A DNA stretch of 64,000 nt from Gemmatimonadota bacterium. Its GTDB lineage: Bacteria; Gemmatimonadota; Gemmatimonadetes; Gemmatimonadales; GWC2-71-9. The stretch is taken from positions 1 to 64,000 of the forward strand of contig JBDHKN010000012.1 of the NCBI GenBank assembly GCA_039586365.1. The letters run 5' to 3'. Shown piece by piece: positions 47,559 through 58,216 of the stretch. Made by a program: the position numbers and the translations under genes. Position 1 is the stretch's first letter. Each line of letters starts with the position of its first letter. The notes under the pieces were generated by a model. It saw only the letters and a list, made by a program, of their open reading frames with translations. It was not told where the DNA came from and made no database searches.

Positions 47559-49320
47559 AGTAGAGATACGCTGCCACGATGGCGACCAGCACCGCTGCTG
47601 AGGCCACAACGTCCGCCGATCCCCAACTCCTGCGCGATTCAGTCCGTTGCCTATCCGTGAGAGTCCCGAACGTCAAGCCGCTGATCTTCGCATAGTCCGG
47701 TTCGCGGGTCGCGTGGCTCACCGCAACCATCACTACTACGCAGACTAGAAAGATCACGATGCTGTAGTACTGGAAGAATGTGCTGTTCACGATCCACAGG
47801 AACGAGCCCTCGACATAGCCGTCCTCGAACCTGCCGAAGCCCAGTTTGACCGGCGTGTCGACCGCGAGGCGAAACAGGCCCAGCAGGAAGCCCACGATCA
47901 GCGCCGCCAACGCGCCTTGCGCGTTGAGCCGCTTGAAGAACACCCCCAGGAAGAACACGACGAAGATCGGTGGAGCCAAGTATGCCTGCACACCCTGCAA
48001 GTAGTCGTACAGTCCTCGGCCGCCCTGGATGACCGGAATCCACAACAATCCGATCAGCACCATGACGGTCGTGGCGGCGCGTCCGATCCACACCAAGCGA
48101 TGCTGTGACACGTTGGGTCGTAGCTTGCTGTAGAAATCCATTGTGAACAGAGTCGCTGACGCGTTGAACACGCCGGACAGCGAACTCATCAACGCCGCCA
48201 GAAGTCCGGCCACGACAATGCCCCGCACACCCACCGGCAACACGGTCGCCACCAGCAGGGGAAACGCCTTCTGCGCTTCGTCCCGGACGATCTGGCCGTT
48301 CGCGTCGAGCAGAACCTGCTGGATCTCAGCAACCCTACCGCTCTTGGCCAGCGCGAAGCAGATCATACCAGGGATTATGAAGATGAAAACGGGCAGCAGC
48401 TTGAGGAACGCGGCGAAGATGCTGCCGCGGCGCGCCTGCTGCTCGTTGGGTGCACCCAGCGCGCGCTGCACGATGTACTGATCGGTGCACCAGTACCACA
48501 AACCGATCACCGGCGCACAGAACAGCATGCTGAGCCACGGGTAGTTGTCGTTGAAGTACCAGGCCGACCGCACGAGCTGCCCGGTTGCGTCGAATTCCCT
48601 CACCGGTTGCCAGGTGCCGACCACTCCGTCGGGAACCAACGGCTTCCACAGGTTGAACATGTCGGAGCCGGCCACCTCGCGCAGCGCCGACCAGCCACCG
48701 AGTGCCTCGAGGCCGAACAGAGTGACGAGGATTGAACCGAGCACCAGCACAACCGTCTGCAATGCTTCCGTGTAGGCGACAGCCCGCAGGCCGCCAACGA
48801 TGGTATAGAGACCGGTAAGCACTATCACGAGAATCGATCCAATCCAGAAGCTGTCGAGCGGACCGAGACGCAGCTCCGGCAACAGCACGGAGAAGACGAT
48901 CCCGCCGGCGAAGATGCCTACCGCAATCTTGGTGAGCACATAGGCGAATAGCGAGATGATCGACAACACCCATCGGCTGGTTGGACTGAAACGCTGTTCG
49001 AGGAACTCCGGCATCGTGAAGATCTTCGACCGCATGTAGAACGGCACGAATACCCACGCCAGTACCAGTAGGCACCATGCGTGGAGCTCGTAGTGGGCCA
49101 TCGCCACGCCGTCGGTGGCGCCCGAGCCGGCCAGTCCCACGAGGTGCTCCGAGCCGATGTTGGAGGCGAATATCGAGGCGCCTACAATCCACCAGCCAAG
49201 ATTTCGCCCGGCCAAGAAATAATCGTCGGCCGTATCTCTGTTCCTGCGTATGACCCACCACGCCAGCGCGAGCAGAACGCCGAAGTACCCCGCGACTACC
49301 GACCAGTCCAACCAGTGCAT
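47548..49320 (-). CDS. Sodium:solute symporter (SGLT-like sugar transporter)
   Basis: DYFLAGR, ASNIGSEHLVGLAG, TMPEFLEQRF, WYWCTDQYIVQR, LAALMSSL. Confidence 0.93.
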   Translation of the reverse strand: MHWLDWSVVAGYFGVLLALAWWVIRRNRDTADDYFLAGRNLGWWIVGASIFASNIGSEHLVGLAGSGATDGVAMAHYELHAWCLLVLAWVFVPFYMRSKIFTMPEFLEQRFSPTSRWVLSIISLFAYVLTKIAVGIFAGGIVFSVLLPELRLGPLDSFWIGSILVIVLTGLYTIVGGLRAVAYTEALQTVVLVLGSILVTLFGLEALGGWSALREVAGSDMFNLWKPLVPDGVVGTWQPVREFDATGQLVRSAWYFNDNYPWLSMLFCAPVIGLWYWCTDQYIVQRALGAPNEQQARRGSIFAAFLKLLPVFIFIIPGMICFALAKSGRVAEIQQVLLDANGQIVRDEAQKAFPLLVATVLPVGVRGIVVAGLLAALMSSLSGVFNASATLFTMDFYSKLRPNVSQHRLVWIGRAATTVMVLIGLLWIPVIQGGRGLYDYLQGVQAYLAPPIFVVFFLGVFFKRLNAQGALAALIVGFLLGLFRLAVDTPVKLGFGRFEDGYVEGSFLWIVNSTFFQYYSIVIFLVCVVVMVAVSHATREPDYAKISGLTFGTLTDRQRTESRRSWGSADVVASAAVLVAIVAAYLYFTG

Positions 49321-49358
49321 ACGCTATCTCGCCTCTTTGTGGTACGGTGCGGCCACGG

Positions 49359-50867
49359 TTATTGCCGGTTGGCACGCCCGTAGGAGACATCGTTCCAGCG
49401 GAGCTCCTTCTTGAACTCCGTGAGCGACGTAGTGTCGTCGATCGTCAACAGCTCGACGCCTGCCATGTCGGCGAAATCCTTGAGATGAGCAACAGTGAGT
49501 GCCATGCTGAAGCTGGTGTGGTGAGCCCCACCCGCTAAGATCCAGGCCGCAGCAGCGGTCTTTAGATCGGGGCGCGGCAACCATACGGCCCGAGCAACTG
49601 GCAGCTTTGGCAACTCTTCGTCGGGTGGCACAACCTCGACCTCGTTTACGACCATGCGGAAGCGATCTCCCATGTCGATCAGCGTCACGTTCACTGCCGG
49701 CCCGGTGCGAGCGTCGAACACCAGCCGGACGGGGTCTTCCTTGCCACCGATGGAAAGTGAATGGATCTCGAGTGACGGTTGGGCGCTACCGGCAATCGAC
49801 GGGCAAATCTCGAGCATGTGTGCCCCCAGCACCTTCATGCGGTCCGGATCGAAGTGATAGGTGTAGTCCTCCATAAACGATGTGCCACCTGCGAGACCGG
49901 CCGCCATCACCTTCATGGCCCTGACCAACGCTGCGGTCTTCCAGTCTCCTTCGGCACCGAACCCGTAGCCGTCGGCCATCAGCCGCTGTACTGGGATCCC
50001 GGGCAGCTGCAGCAGGCCGTGTAGGTTCTCGAACGTGTCGGTGAACGCCTTGAAGCCACCGTCCTCGAGAAACGCTCGCAGGCCGAGTTCGATACGCGCC
50101 GCATCGCGCAACGCCGCGCGCCGCGCACCCGACGGGCGCAACGGTGGGACGACTTCGTACAGTTCGTCGTACTCCTGCACCAGCGCGGCGACTGCATTGT
50201 CAACCACGCTGTCGACGCAAGCCACCAAGTCGCCCAGACCGTAGCCGTTAACGGCATAACCAAAACGCATTTCAGCCTCGACCTTGTCACCTTCGGTTAC
50301 GGCCACGTCACGCATGTTGTCGCCGAAGCGGGCGATCCTGGCGCCTTGGGCGTCGTGCCAAGCGCACGCAGAACGGCTCCACGTGGCGAGTTCCCCCAGC
50401 ACCTCCGGGTCTCGCCAGTGTCCCACGATCACCTTGCGCGACAATCCCATCCTCGTGCAGAGATAGCCGAACTCGCGATCGCCGTGCGCTGACTGGTTGA
50501 GATTCATGAAGTCCATGTCAATCGTCGACCACGGGATATCGCGATTGAACTGGGTGTGCAGATGCACGAACGGCTTGTGCAGCGTGTTCAACCCGCCGAT
50601 CCACATCTTCGCTGGCGAGAAAGTGTGCATCCACATGATGAGACCGACGCAATCCGTGGCGGCGTTTGCCGCGGCACACACCTGGCGGATGGCGTCAGAT
50701 GTCGTTAGAACTGGCTGCGTGATCACCTTGACCGGGATGGAGTCTGCGGTAGCGAACGACTCAGCAATCCGCTGCGCGTTATCGGCAACCTGTCGTAATG
50801 CTTCGTCACCGTACAGATGCTGGCTGCCGGTGACGAACCACACCTCGTATCGCTTGAGATCGATCAT
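49359..50867 (-). CDS. araA: L-arabinose isomerase
   Basis: [67 protein letters not shown]. Confidence 0.97.
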   Translation of the reverse strand: MIDLKRYEVWFVTGSQHLYGDEALRQVADNAQRIAESFATADSIPVKVITQPVLTTSDAIRQVCAAANAATDCVGLIMWMHTFSPAKMWIGGLNTLHKPFVHLHTQFNRDIPWSTIDMDFMNLNQSAHGDREFGYLCTRMGLSRKVIVGHWRDPEVLGELATWSRSACAWHDAQGARIARFGDNMRDVAVTEGDKVEAEMRFGYAVNGYGLGDLVACVDSVVDNAVAALVQEYDELYEVVPPLRPSGARRAALRDAARIELGLRAFLEDGGFKAFTDTFENLHGLLQLPGIPVQRLMADGYGFGAEGDWKTAALVRAMKVMAAGLAGGTSFMEDYTYHFDPDRMKVLGAHMLEICPSIAGSAQPSLEIHSLSIGGKEDPVRLVFDARTGPAVNVTLIDMGDRFRMVVNEVEVVPPDEELPKLPVARAVWLPRPDLKTAAAAWILAGGAHHTSFSMALTVAHLKDFADMAGVELLTIDDTTSLTEFKKELRWNDVSYGRANRQ

Positions 50868-51560
50868 CTACAAATCCTGTCCGTAATACGCAGCCTTGCC
50901 ATGCTTGCGGTCGTGGTGTTTGCGGATCACGTGTTGCTCGAGGTCGGGTGCGTCGGCAGCGATCACTCGGGTGCCGAAGGCCATTTCAGCCACCGCTTCC
51001 AACGCGACGGCGTTCTCCACCGAGTCGGCCACATCTCGACCCCAGGTGAACGGGCCGTGTCCTGCTACCAGCACGGCTGGCATCGTGTCGGGGTCCAGTT
51101 GTGCAAACCGCTCCACGATTACGCGCGCCGTGTTGGCTTCATAGGCCTGCTCGACCTCGGCTGGGTTGAGTGGACGAGTCACCGGGACGGAGCCGTGGAA
51201 ATGATCGGCGTGGGTAGTCCCGAAGCAAGGGATCTCCTGGCGTGCTTGCGCGAACATGGTGGCGAACCGACTGTGCACGTGCGTTATGCCGCCGATCTTC
51301 TTGAAGTGCTGGTACAGCAGCAAGTGGGTTGGCGTATCGGTGGAGGGCCGCAGATTACCCTCAACGACATTGCCCGACAGATCGACGACCACCATCTGCG
51401 TTGGCTGCAGCTCAGCGTATGGGACACCGCTCGGCTTGATGACGACATGCTGTCGTTCCGCATCGATGCCACTGACGTTTCCGAAAGTGAGCGTCACGAG
51501 GCCGTGCTCTACCAGGACCTGATTGGCGTGACAGACCGCTTGCCTGAGTTCTTTCAGCAT
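50868..51560 (-). CDS. araD: L-ribulose-5-phosphate 4-epimerase
   Basis: GNVSG, IKPSGVPY, PSTDTPTH, GTTHADHFHG, GHGPFTWG, RKHGKAAYYGQ. Confidence 0.96.
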   Translation of the reverse strand: MLKELRQAVCHANQVLVEHGLVTLTFGNVSGIDAERQHVVIKPSGVPYAELQPTQMVVVDLSGNVVEGNLRPSTDTPTHLLLYQHFKKIGGITHVHSRFATMFAQARQEIPCFGTTHADHFHGSVPVTRPLNPAEVEQAYEANTARVIVERFAQLDPDTMPAVLVAGHGPFTWGRDVADSVENAVALEAVAEMAFGTRVIAADAPDLEQHVIRKHHDRKHGKAAYYGQDL

Positions 51561-51569
51561 CGCCTATCC

Positions 51570-53258
51570 CTAACGAGTCCGATTGCGAATTGTGATCAGG
51601 GATTTCATCACGTGCCCCAGCGCTTGCGCGTGATCCGCCGTGCCGAAAGCATCGTGCAACTGCTTGTAGAGTCCGTACAGTTCGGCGTAAACGGCCGCGG
51701 CCTCTTTCCGCGGGCGGTAGACCTTGCGCTGTGAGCGGACCATCTTGCGCTGCGCACTCTCGACACTGCGGTAGGCACCACCGGCGACCGCACCGAAGAT
51801 GGCGGCTCCCAACGCACAGGTTTGGGGCGAGTGGCTGATTTTCATGGGGCGATTGCACACGTCTGCGTAGATCTGCATGACGAACGGGTTCTTCTCTGCT
51901 ATGCCACCACAGTTTACGACGTCTTTGACCGCGACGCCGTATTCCTCCAACCGGTTGATGATGGTCAGGGCACCGAACGCGGTGGCCTCCACCAGCGCGC
52001 GATATGCTTCCGGCGCCGATGTACGGAGCGTGTGACCCACGAGCAGGCCAGTCAGTCTCGGATCTACCAATACCGTGCGGTTGCCGTTGTTCCAGTCCAG
52101 CGCGAGCAGCCCGCTCGCGCCGGGTCGGATCTTCTCCGCCGCATGAGACAGGTTGGTGTGGGGGTCACCCTTGGCGGTGTATTGCTGCGGTGCGAGTTGG
52201 CTCGCGAACCAGCTGAAGATGTCCCCTACGGCCGACTGCCCAGCCTCCAAGCCGTACATGCCCGGGATGACCGAGCCAGGCACGATGCCGCACAGTCCGG
52301 GGATATCCGGGAGCGGCTCATCCATGGGCGCGACCATCATGTCGCACGTGCTGGTGCCGATGATCTTGACCAGGGTCCCCTGTTTGATGCCGGCTCCCAC
52401 CGCACCCATGTGGGCGTCGAACGCGCCCACCGCCACCGCGACTCCGACCGGTAAGCCGACCTTCTTAGCCGCATCCGCGCTGAGTTCGCCGGCCTTACGA
52501 TCTGCCGGGACAGCTCGCTCGGCGTAGCGTCGTCGGATCACGGCCAGGTCGGGATCCAGCGATGCGAGAAACCGTTCGGACGGCAGGCCACCCCAATCGT
52601 CGTGGTACATCGCCTTGTGGCCAGCCGCGCAAATCCCGCGCGCTAGCGTGTGGGGATCGGTGCTGCCGGTGATGAAAGCCGGAATGAAGTCGGCCAGCTC
52701 GACCCAACTGTACGCCGCAGCGAACACCTTTGGGGCGCTGCGCTTACAGTGCAGGATCTTGGACCAGTACCACTCGCTGGAGTACACCCCGCCACACTTG
52801 GCCAGATAGCGGTCGGGGTGGCCGGCTGCTTTGGCTGTGATCTCTGCCGCCTCGGTGTGAGCGGTGTGGTCTTTCCACAACCAGGCCTGCGCCGCGAGTT
52901 CGCGGCGGAACTCGCTGTGGAACGCCAGCGGCATCCCGTCACGATCCACGGGGATTGGCGTCGATCCCGTCGTGTCGATGCCGATCCCGATCACGTTCTC
53001 GAGTCTGAATTCCCGCCTGCGTTGCGCGGCCGCGACTGCGCGTTTAACTGAAGAATAGAAACCCTCGATGTAATCCGCCGGGTTCTGGCGGGCGAGGTTC
53101 GGATCCTTCGGGCTGTGGAGAACGCCGGCGTCACCACTGGAATACTCGGTTACGCGGGTGGCAACCTCGGATCCGTCGGCAACGTCGACAACGAGGGCCC
53201 GCACGCTGTTCGTGCCGAAGTCGACGCCGATTGCGAACCTCTTGGGAGAAGTAGTCAC
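51570..53258 (-). CDS. araB: Ribulokinase
   Basis: GVDFGTNSVRA, GIDTTGSTP, WKDHTA, YSSEWYWSK, EAGQSAVGD, LDWNNGNR; GTG start after GGAGG. Confidence 0.95.
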   Translation of the reverse strand: MTTSPKRFAIGVDFGTNSVRALVVDVADGSEVATRVTEYSSGDAGVLHSPKDPNLARQNPADYIEGFYSSVKRAVAAAQRRREFRLENVIGIGIDTTGSTPIPVDRDGMPLAFHSEFRRELAAQAWLWKDHTAHTEAAEITAKAAGHPDRYLAKCGGVYSSEWYWSKILHCKRSAPKVFAAAYSWVELADFIPAFITGSTDPHTLARGICAAGHKAMYHDDWGGLPSERFLASLDPDLAVIRRRYAERAVPADRKAGELSADAAKKVGLPVGVAVAVGAFDAHMGAVGAGIKQGTLVKIIGTSTCDMMVAPMDEPLPDIPGLCGIVPGSVIPGMYGLEAGQSAVGDIFSWFASQLAPQQYTAKGDPHTNLSHAAEKIRPGASGLLALDWNNGNRTVLVDPRLTGLLVGHTLRTSAPEAYRALVEATAFGALTIINRLEEYGVAVKDVVNCGGIAEKNPFVMQIYADVCNRPMKISHSPQTCALGAAIFGAVAGGAYRSVESAQRKMVRSQRKVYRPRKEAAAVYAELYGLYKQLHDAFGTADHAQALGHVMKSLITIRNRTR

Positions 53259-53403
53259 TACCCAGCCTCCCCTTGCCTTAGCGTCCCGCGCCACCGCTGC
53301 CTCGGGTAGCGCCGTGTCGAATTCTGGTCCAGTATGATGCGGTCGATTCGCTCAGGAAACTAGAGGGAGGGTACCGCGTGATCCAGGCAGCGATCTTCGG
53401 CAG

Positions 53404-54957
53404 CTAGGCCGGCAGCAGGACCGGCATACCCATCGCTGGCCAGATCATCCAAACGAACAAGCCGAGCACGACAATTAGCAGCAGGCTCGCAGGGATTCCA
53501 GTCTTGAAAAACTCCCCAGTGGTGAACTGGTTGCTGCCGTATGCGATGGCGTTCGGGGCAGCGCCGACCAGCAGTAGAAACGGCATCCCCGCTGTGACCA
53601 GTGATGCAAACAGGATCACTTCGGGTGCGACCCCAACGTAGGGAGCGATAACCAACGCCACGGGCATCGTGATGGCAATCGCCGCGACATTCATGATCAC
53701 GTTGGTCATCACGAGCACGAATGCGGCTATGCCCATCACGAACAACAACCAGTGCGTCTCATGAAACAGGCTGAGCCAACTGACCGCCATCCACCTGGCC
53801 GCACCCGTGTGCCACAGGCATAAGCCGATGCTCATTGCGCCACCGAAGAGTAGCACGATGTTCCATGAGGTCCCCTCCAAGTCGTCCAACGACACGATCC
53901 GGAACAGAAAGAACAACACTGCGGCTAGCATGATGAATGCGCTCTTGTCGAGCGGTTGTAGCGCCGGTATGAACGAACGGAGGCTCAACACCGCTATCGT
54001 AGCAAGCACGATGACGAGTGCCAGGATCTCGTTCCGGCTAATCGGGCCGAGGCTTGTGTACAGGCGCCTGACACGCCCCCGCAGCCCTGGAATGGTTTTC
54101 TTCTCGGGCGGGTAGTAGAGCATGAAGAAGACCCAGAGCAACAGCGTCATGAGCGCGCCGACGGGCAACATGTAGTAGGTCAGCTCAAAGAAAGTGATCG
54201 GGCGGCCTGTAATGTCACGGAAGAACCCAATGGCCACCGCACCCCGAGCCGCACCGAGCAGCGTGATGATACTGCCCGCGCCTGCGACAAAGGCCATACC
54301 CATAAAGAGTCCTTTGCCAAACCTGGTCGGCTCACTGTCCTCCGTGTACAGGGCGTAGATCGCCAAGAACAACGGATAGACTGTGGCCGCCACAGCCGTG
54401 TGCGCCATGATGAGGGTGAGAGACGCAGTCATTACGAAGCAGCCAAGATAGATCATGCTGGTTCGCTCTCCCACCAACGAGAGCATCTTGTAGGCCATCC
54501 GCCGCGTGAGACCAGTCTTTGTGAAGACCATCCCGAACAGCAGCGAGCCGAAAATGAACCACACGGACGGGTCCATGAAATCAGTGAATGCATCTCGCGC
54601 GGGCCGGATCAAGAACAAGGCCTGGACCACCCCGATCGCTATGCTAGTGACGCCGATGGGGATTACTTCGGTGACCCACCAGGTCGCGGCGAGAAAGAAG
54701 AGGGCTAGGGCTGCTTTTCCCTCGCGGGATAGGGCGAATGACTCACCCAGAGGATCCACAGCGGGGGCGGGCGTAGGAGCAAAGTACACTAGAGCAAACA
54801 AGGCCAAGCCCAGCAGGATGAACCCGACCCTCTTCCAGTCGATCTTGGGCTTGGCTGCGGTTCCCTGGTGGCGCGCCACCTTGGCAGTCGGAGCGCTCAC
54901 TTTCGGACCGGCCTGTGGTGATGCATCTACTGTCTTGGACGATACCTCGTCGGTCAT
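53404..54957 (-). CDS. SLC13/DASS family anion (sulfate/dicarboxylate) transporter
   Basis: WWVTEVIPIGVT, MAHTAVAA, TLLGAARGAVA, WNIVLLFGGA, VGAAPNAIAY. Confidence 0.9.
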   Translation of the reverse strand: MTDEVSSKTVDASPQAGPKVSAPTAKVARHQGTAAKPKIDWKRVGFILLGLALFALVYFAPTPAPAVDPLGESFALSREGKAALALFFLAATWWVTEVIPIGVTSIAIGVVQALFLIRPARDAFTDFMDPSVWFIFGSLLFGMVFTKTGLTRRMAYKMLSLVGERTSMIYLGCFVMTASLTLIMAHTAVAATVYPLFLAIYALYTEDSEPTRFGKGLFMGMAFVAGAGSIITLLGAARGAVAIGFFRDITGRPITFFELTYYMLPVGALMTLLLWVFFMLYYPPEKKTIPGLRGRVRRLYTSLGPISRNEILALVIVLATIAVLSLRSFIPALQPLDKSAFIMLAAVLFFLFRIVSLDDLEGTSWNIVLLFGGAMSIGLCLWHTGAARWMAVSWLSLFHETHWLLFVMGIAAFVLVMTNVIMNVAAIAITMPVALVIAPYVGVAPEVILFASLVTAGMPFLLLVGAAPNAIAYGSNQFTTGEFFKTGIPASLLLIVVLGLFVWMIWPAMGMPVLLPA

Positions 54958-55001
54958 TGATAAAGGATCCTCAAGAAGCTGCTCTCTTGGCCGGGACGCC
55001 G

Positions 55002-55538
55002 CTATTGCAGCAGTCTGGCAAACTCGTGAAACACATCGACCGACCGGATCACTCCCACGAGACGCCCTTCGTGAAGAACGGGGATGAGGGTTAGGTCGAG
55101 AGACACCATCTCATATGTTGCTTTCATGATGTGGTCGTCCGCGTCGATCGTCGCCTCGATCGGACGCATCACGTCGCTCACTGGCCTACGCGCCTGCTCC
55201 CGAATTCCCTTCACTACCCGATCATAGGAGAGTTCAGAAAGATTGGGGTCGATTGCCACGTCAAATAGCTTTTTCCGATACTCCAGCGGCTGGCTGACGA
55301 GGAACTTCGGCTCCAGCCCTCTCATGATGTCGCGACGCCGAACGGTCCCCACCATAACATCGATTTCGTCAAACACCAGGAGCACCCGAGGCAATGACTT
55401 GCGAAGGGCCACCTCGAGTTGCGCGCTCTCGATCACCGCAATCGCCTCTTGCAGTGTGGCATTGTCTCGCACTGAGGGGTATTGCTCCAGGGGCACCATG
55501 ATTTCCCTTACGCGCTTCATGGAGTTCACAGTTCTCAC
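55002..55538 (-). CDS. CBS-domain pair protein
   Basis: VREIMVPL...VGTVRRRDIM...VSDVMRP...LVGVIRSVDVF; overlaps the upstream response regulator. Confidence 0.88.
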   Translation of the reverse strand: MRTVNSMKRVREIMVPLEQYPSVRDNATLQEAIAVIESAQLEVALRKSLPRVLLVFDEIDVMVGTVRRRDIMRGLEPKFLVSQPLEYRKKLFDVAIDPNLSELSYDRVVKGIREQARRPVSDVMRPIEATIDADDHIMKATYEMVSLDLTLIPVLHEGRLVGVIRSVDVFHEFARLLQ

Positions 55539-55966
55539 CAGCCCTTCTTGCGCAGGATGTCAGATACCCTCTGCTCGATGTGCTTGTCCTCGAGTTTCGA
55601 CTTCTTTCTCGCTGCTTCCTCGATCCTCCCCACCAGGGTTTCGATATCTGCGGGTTTCTCCAGTAGATCCAACGCTCCCAGCTTCATCGCCTCGACTGCC
55701 TGTTCCAGAGTCGCCCTCCCAGTCAGCAGGATGATCTGCAGGTTCGGGTTGATCTCGAGCAGCCCCTGCAGAGTCTGAATGCCGTCCATGCCTGGCATGG
55801 CCATGTCGAGCAGGACAGCATCAAACGCCTTCTTCTCGGCCTTCGTCAGAGCGATCTCGCCGTTGACCGCGGTTTCGACTGCGATATCGCGCAGCTCCAA
55901 TCGCTCGGCCAGTGCGTCTAGAAACTCCTCTTCATCATCTACCAGCAAGACAGTCTTGTCGCTCAT
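55535..55966 (-). CDS. Single-domain response regulator
   Basis: LLVDDE, LLDMAMPGMDG, LLTG, LEKP. Confidence 0.93.
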   Translation of the reverse strand: MSDKTVLLVDDEEEFLDALAERLELRDIAVETAVNGEIALTKAEKKAFDAVLLDMAMPGMDGIQTLQGLLEINPNLQIILLTGRATLEQAVEAMKLGALDLLEKPADIETLVGRIEEAARKKSKLEDKHIEQRVSDILRKKGW

Positions 55967-56077
55967 CAGATGTCCCTCATGCTCCGGCGGCGCTCGCTCT
56001 ATCTAGTACACGCTTGGTGCGGCGACCTAGGTACCCCAACGGTCAATACGCAGCATCGGTGAGTGAGCGTCGGTCCC

Positions 56078-56467
56078 TTATGCCTCTCCCTTCGCTTTCC
56101 GCTCGGCGGCAGATATCAGCAGCCGAACCAACACATCAATCTTCACGGGTTTCATGACGTAGTCGAAGGCTCCGAGCTGCATTCCTCTGTCGGCATCCTG
56201 TGCCGAGCCATGACCCGTCAACAGAATCACCTCCACGCCCGGATGTTCCTCCTTGATCCGTTTGATGACCTCCAGCCCTCCGACTCCCGGCATCTTCACG
56301 TCAAGTAGAACCACGTCGCAGGGCCGATCCGCTAGGTACTCCATCGCTTCTGTCCCAGTGGTCACACCAGTCGCCTGGAATCCCCTCAAGTTCAGACGTT
56401 CCTCGACGGCGCTTACCAGCTCCTCCTCGTCGTCCACTATCAGAACACGTAGCGCTTCAGCTTCCAT
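56078..56467 (-). CDS. Single-domain response regulator
   Basis: LIVDDE, LLDVKMPG, LLTGHG, MKP. Confidence 0.93.
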   Translation of the reverse strand: MEAEALRVLIVDDEEELVSAVEERLNLRGFQATGVTTGTEAMEYLADRPCDVVLLDVKMPGVGGLEVIKRIKEEHPGVEVILLTGHGSAQDADRGMQLGAFDYVMKPVKIDVLVRLLISAAERKAKGEA

Positions 56468-56476
56468 TAGCAGCTC

Positions 56477-58186
56477 CTAAGGAAACGCCTGACCTGTCGG
56501 CAGGGTTACTGTAAAACACGTGCCCTCTCCCACTTTGCTCTCAACGCTGATCTGCCCGCCGAGCTTCTGCACGATTCCGTACGTAATGGACAGGCCCAGC
56601 CCTGTACCAGCACCCTTCTTGGTCGTGAAGAACGGATCGAAAATACGTGAGAGAGAATCTTCAGGAATACCCACTCCGTCGTCGGCAATGGTCACTGTTA
56701 CAGCACCGCTCCCAACTTCCCGGATTCCTATGTGAATGTGACCACCGTCGTCCACTGCGGCGAACGCGTTATTGACGATGTTCAGGAACACCTGCTGCAG
56801 CTGCCCTCTGTCGCTTACCACTGCGGGTGGTTCCTCAGGGAAATCCAAGTCCACCTGGATGTTCCGGTAGGCGGCTTCCTTCTCGAGGAAGCCAAGTACC
56901 TCCTGGAGCAGTACATCCAGATCAATCGTCTCCCTCTGAACTTCCATATGCTTGGCAAAGCCCAATAGGCGGTGAGTGATGCCGCCGCAGCGGTCGGCGG
57001 ATTTGAGAACGGAGTTCACCAGACCCATCAGCTTGTCCTTGGGTGGCATCTCCTCCGACAGCATGATCAGATCTTGGAGCAGTCCAGCTTTCTCTGTGAT
57101 TATCGCAAGCGGGTTGTTGATCTCATGAGCCACTCCCGCGCCCAGCCGCCCGATGGCAGCCATCTTGTTGGTGTACTCCATCTTGTGATAGAGCGCAGCG
57201 CGCTTGAGATCTGCCTCCCGCGCCCGATTCACTACGTAGGTCGAACCCCCAATGACTACGCCCAGAATAAGCAGCACGCTGATTGCCAGGAATATCAGCA
57301 CGTCTTGGCGCAGTGACAGCCACCCCGCATGCAGCTCGCCTCGCGGACTCAACAGCACCAACGTAAAGGGCGAGCGTGGGATCTGTGCGTAGCTGGCAAT
57401 CAACGACTCCCCGCTCTCGTCCTCAACCTCTATGAGTTCGGCCTGTGTGCTGAACGGGAAAGGGGGCAGGGGACACCGCTCGAGGACATCGCCGTAGAGG
57501 CGTGAGGCCGTCTGCAGGATGTTCTCGCGGTTGACAATGAAAGCATCGCCAGACCGGTGAACCGCGAGTGAGCCCACCAGCGTGTTGATCACATCGGTGT
57601 CGATCGTGGCACGCAACACAAATTCGCTACCCGCCCCGGTTGACTGCCTGATAGCAATGACGAAATGGGGAACGTTCCGGTACCCCATGAACACTTCGCT
57701 AACGTACAATCCACGCATGCCGACCTCGTGGAACCAGTTGTACTCGCTGTAGCTCCTTCCCTCCAGCTCGTAGGGGCCGGCGTACGACACCTGAACGCCC
57801 TGCTCGTCGATCACGCCGAGGTCGACAAAGCCACCGAATGCCTGCCTCAGATTCACCAGTACTCTGTTCAGCTGCCTGGAGTCACGAAGCTCCTCGTAGG
57901 ACCTCTCTCTAACGACCATCGCGAGAGCAGACAGCCGCTCCGAGAGGAAAGACTCCAGCGACTGCTTCCCGTTGGCGGCAAAGCGCACCAGGGGGCTCGT
58001 CACCTCAGTGCGCAGTGCCTGCTGATATTGATACGCGTTGACGCCCGTCATGATGAGCAACGGCACGACGGCCACGACCGAGACTGACAGCACTGCCGCG
58101 ATCCGCATCTTGCGATAGCGGCGTTGTGAAATCAGTAGATCCTGACCCTCCTCGGGAGTGGGGCCTTGGCTCACATCGTTCGTCAT
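56477..58186 (-). CDS. Membrane sensor histidine kinase with Cache-like extracytoplasmic domain
   Basis: Two TM helices; [40 protein letters not shown]. Confidence 0.95.
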   Translation of the reverse strand: MTNDVSQGPTPEEGQDLLISQRRYRKMRIAAVLSVSVVAVVPLLIMTGVNAYQYQQALRTEVTSPLVRFAANGKQSLESFLSERLSALAMVVRERSYEELRDSRQLNRVLVNLRQAFGGFVDLGVIDEQGVQVSYAGPYELEGRSYSEYNWFHEVGMRGLYVSEVFMGYRNVPHFVIAIRQSTGAGSEFVLRATIDTDVINTLVGSLAVHRSGDAFIVNRENILQTASRLYGDVLERCPLPPFPFSTQAELIEVEDESGESLIASYAQIPRSPFTLVLLSPRGELHAGWLSLRQDVLIFLAISVLLILGVVIGGSTYVVNRAREADLKRAALYHKMEYTNKMAAIGRLGAGVAHEINNPLAIITEKAGLLQDLIMLSEEMPPKDKLMGLVNSVLKSADRCGGITHRLLGFAKHMEVQRETIDLDVLLQEVLGFLEKEAAYRNIQVDLDFPEEPPAVVSDRGQLQQVFLNIVNNAFAAVDDGGHIHIGIREVGSGAVTVTIADDGVGIPEDSLSRIFDPFFTTKKGAGTGLGLSITYGIVQKLGGQISVESKVGEGTCFTVTLPTGQAFP

Positions 58187-58216
58187 GACCGATACCCGCA
58201 GACCGGCACTCGCGTA

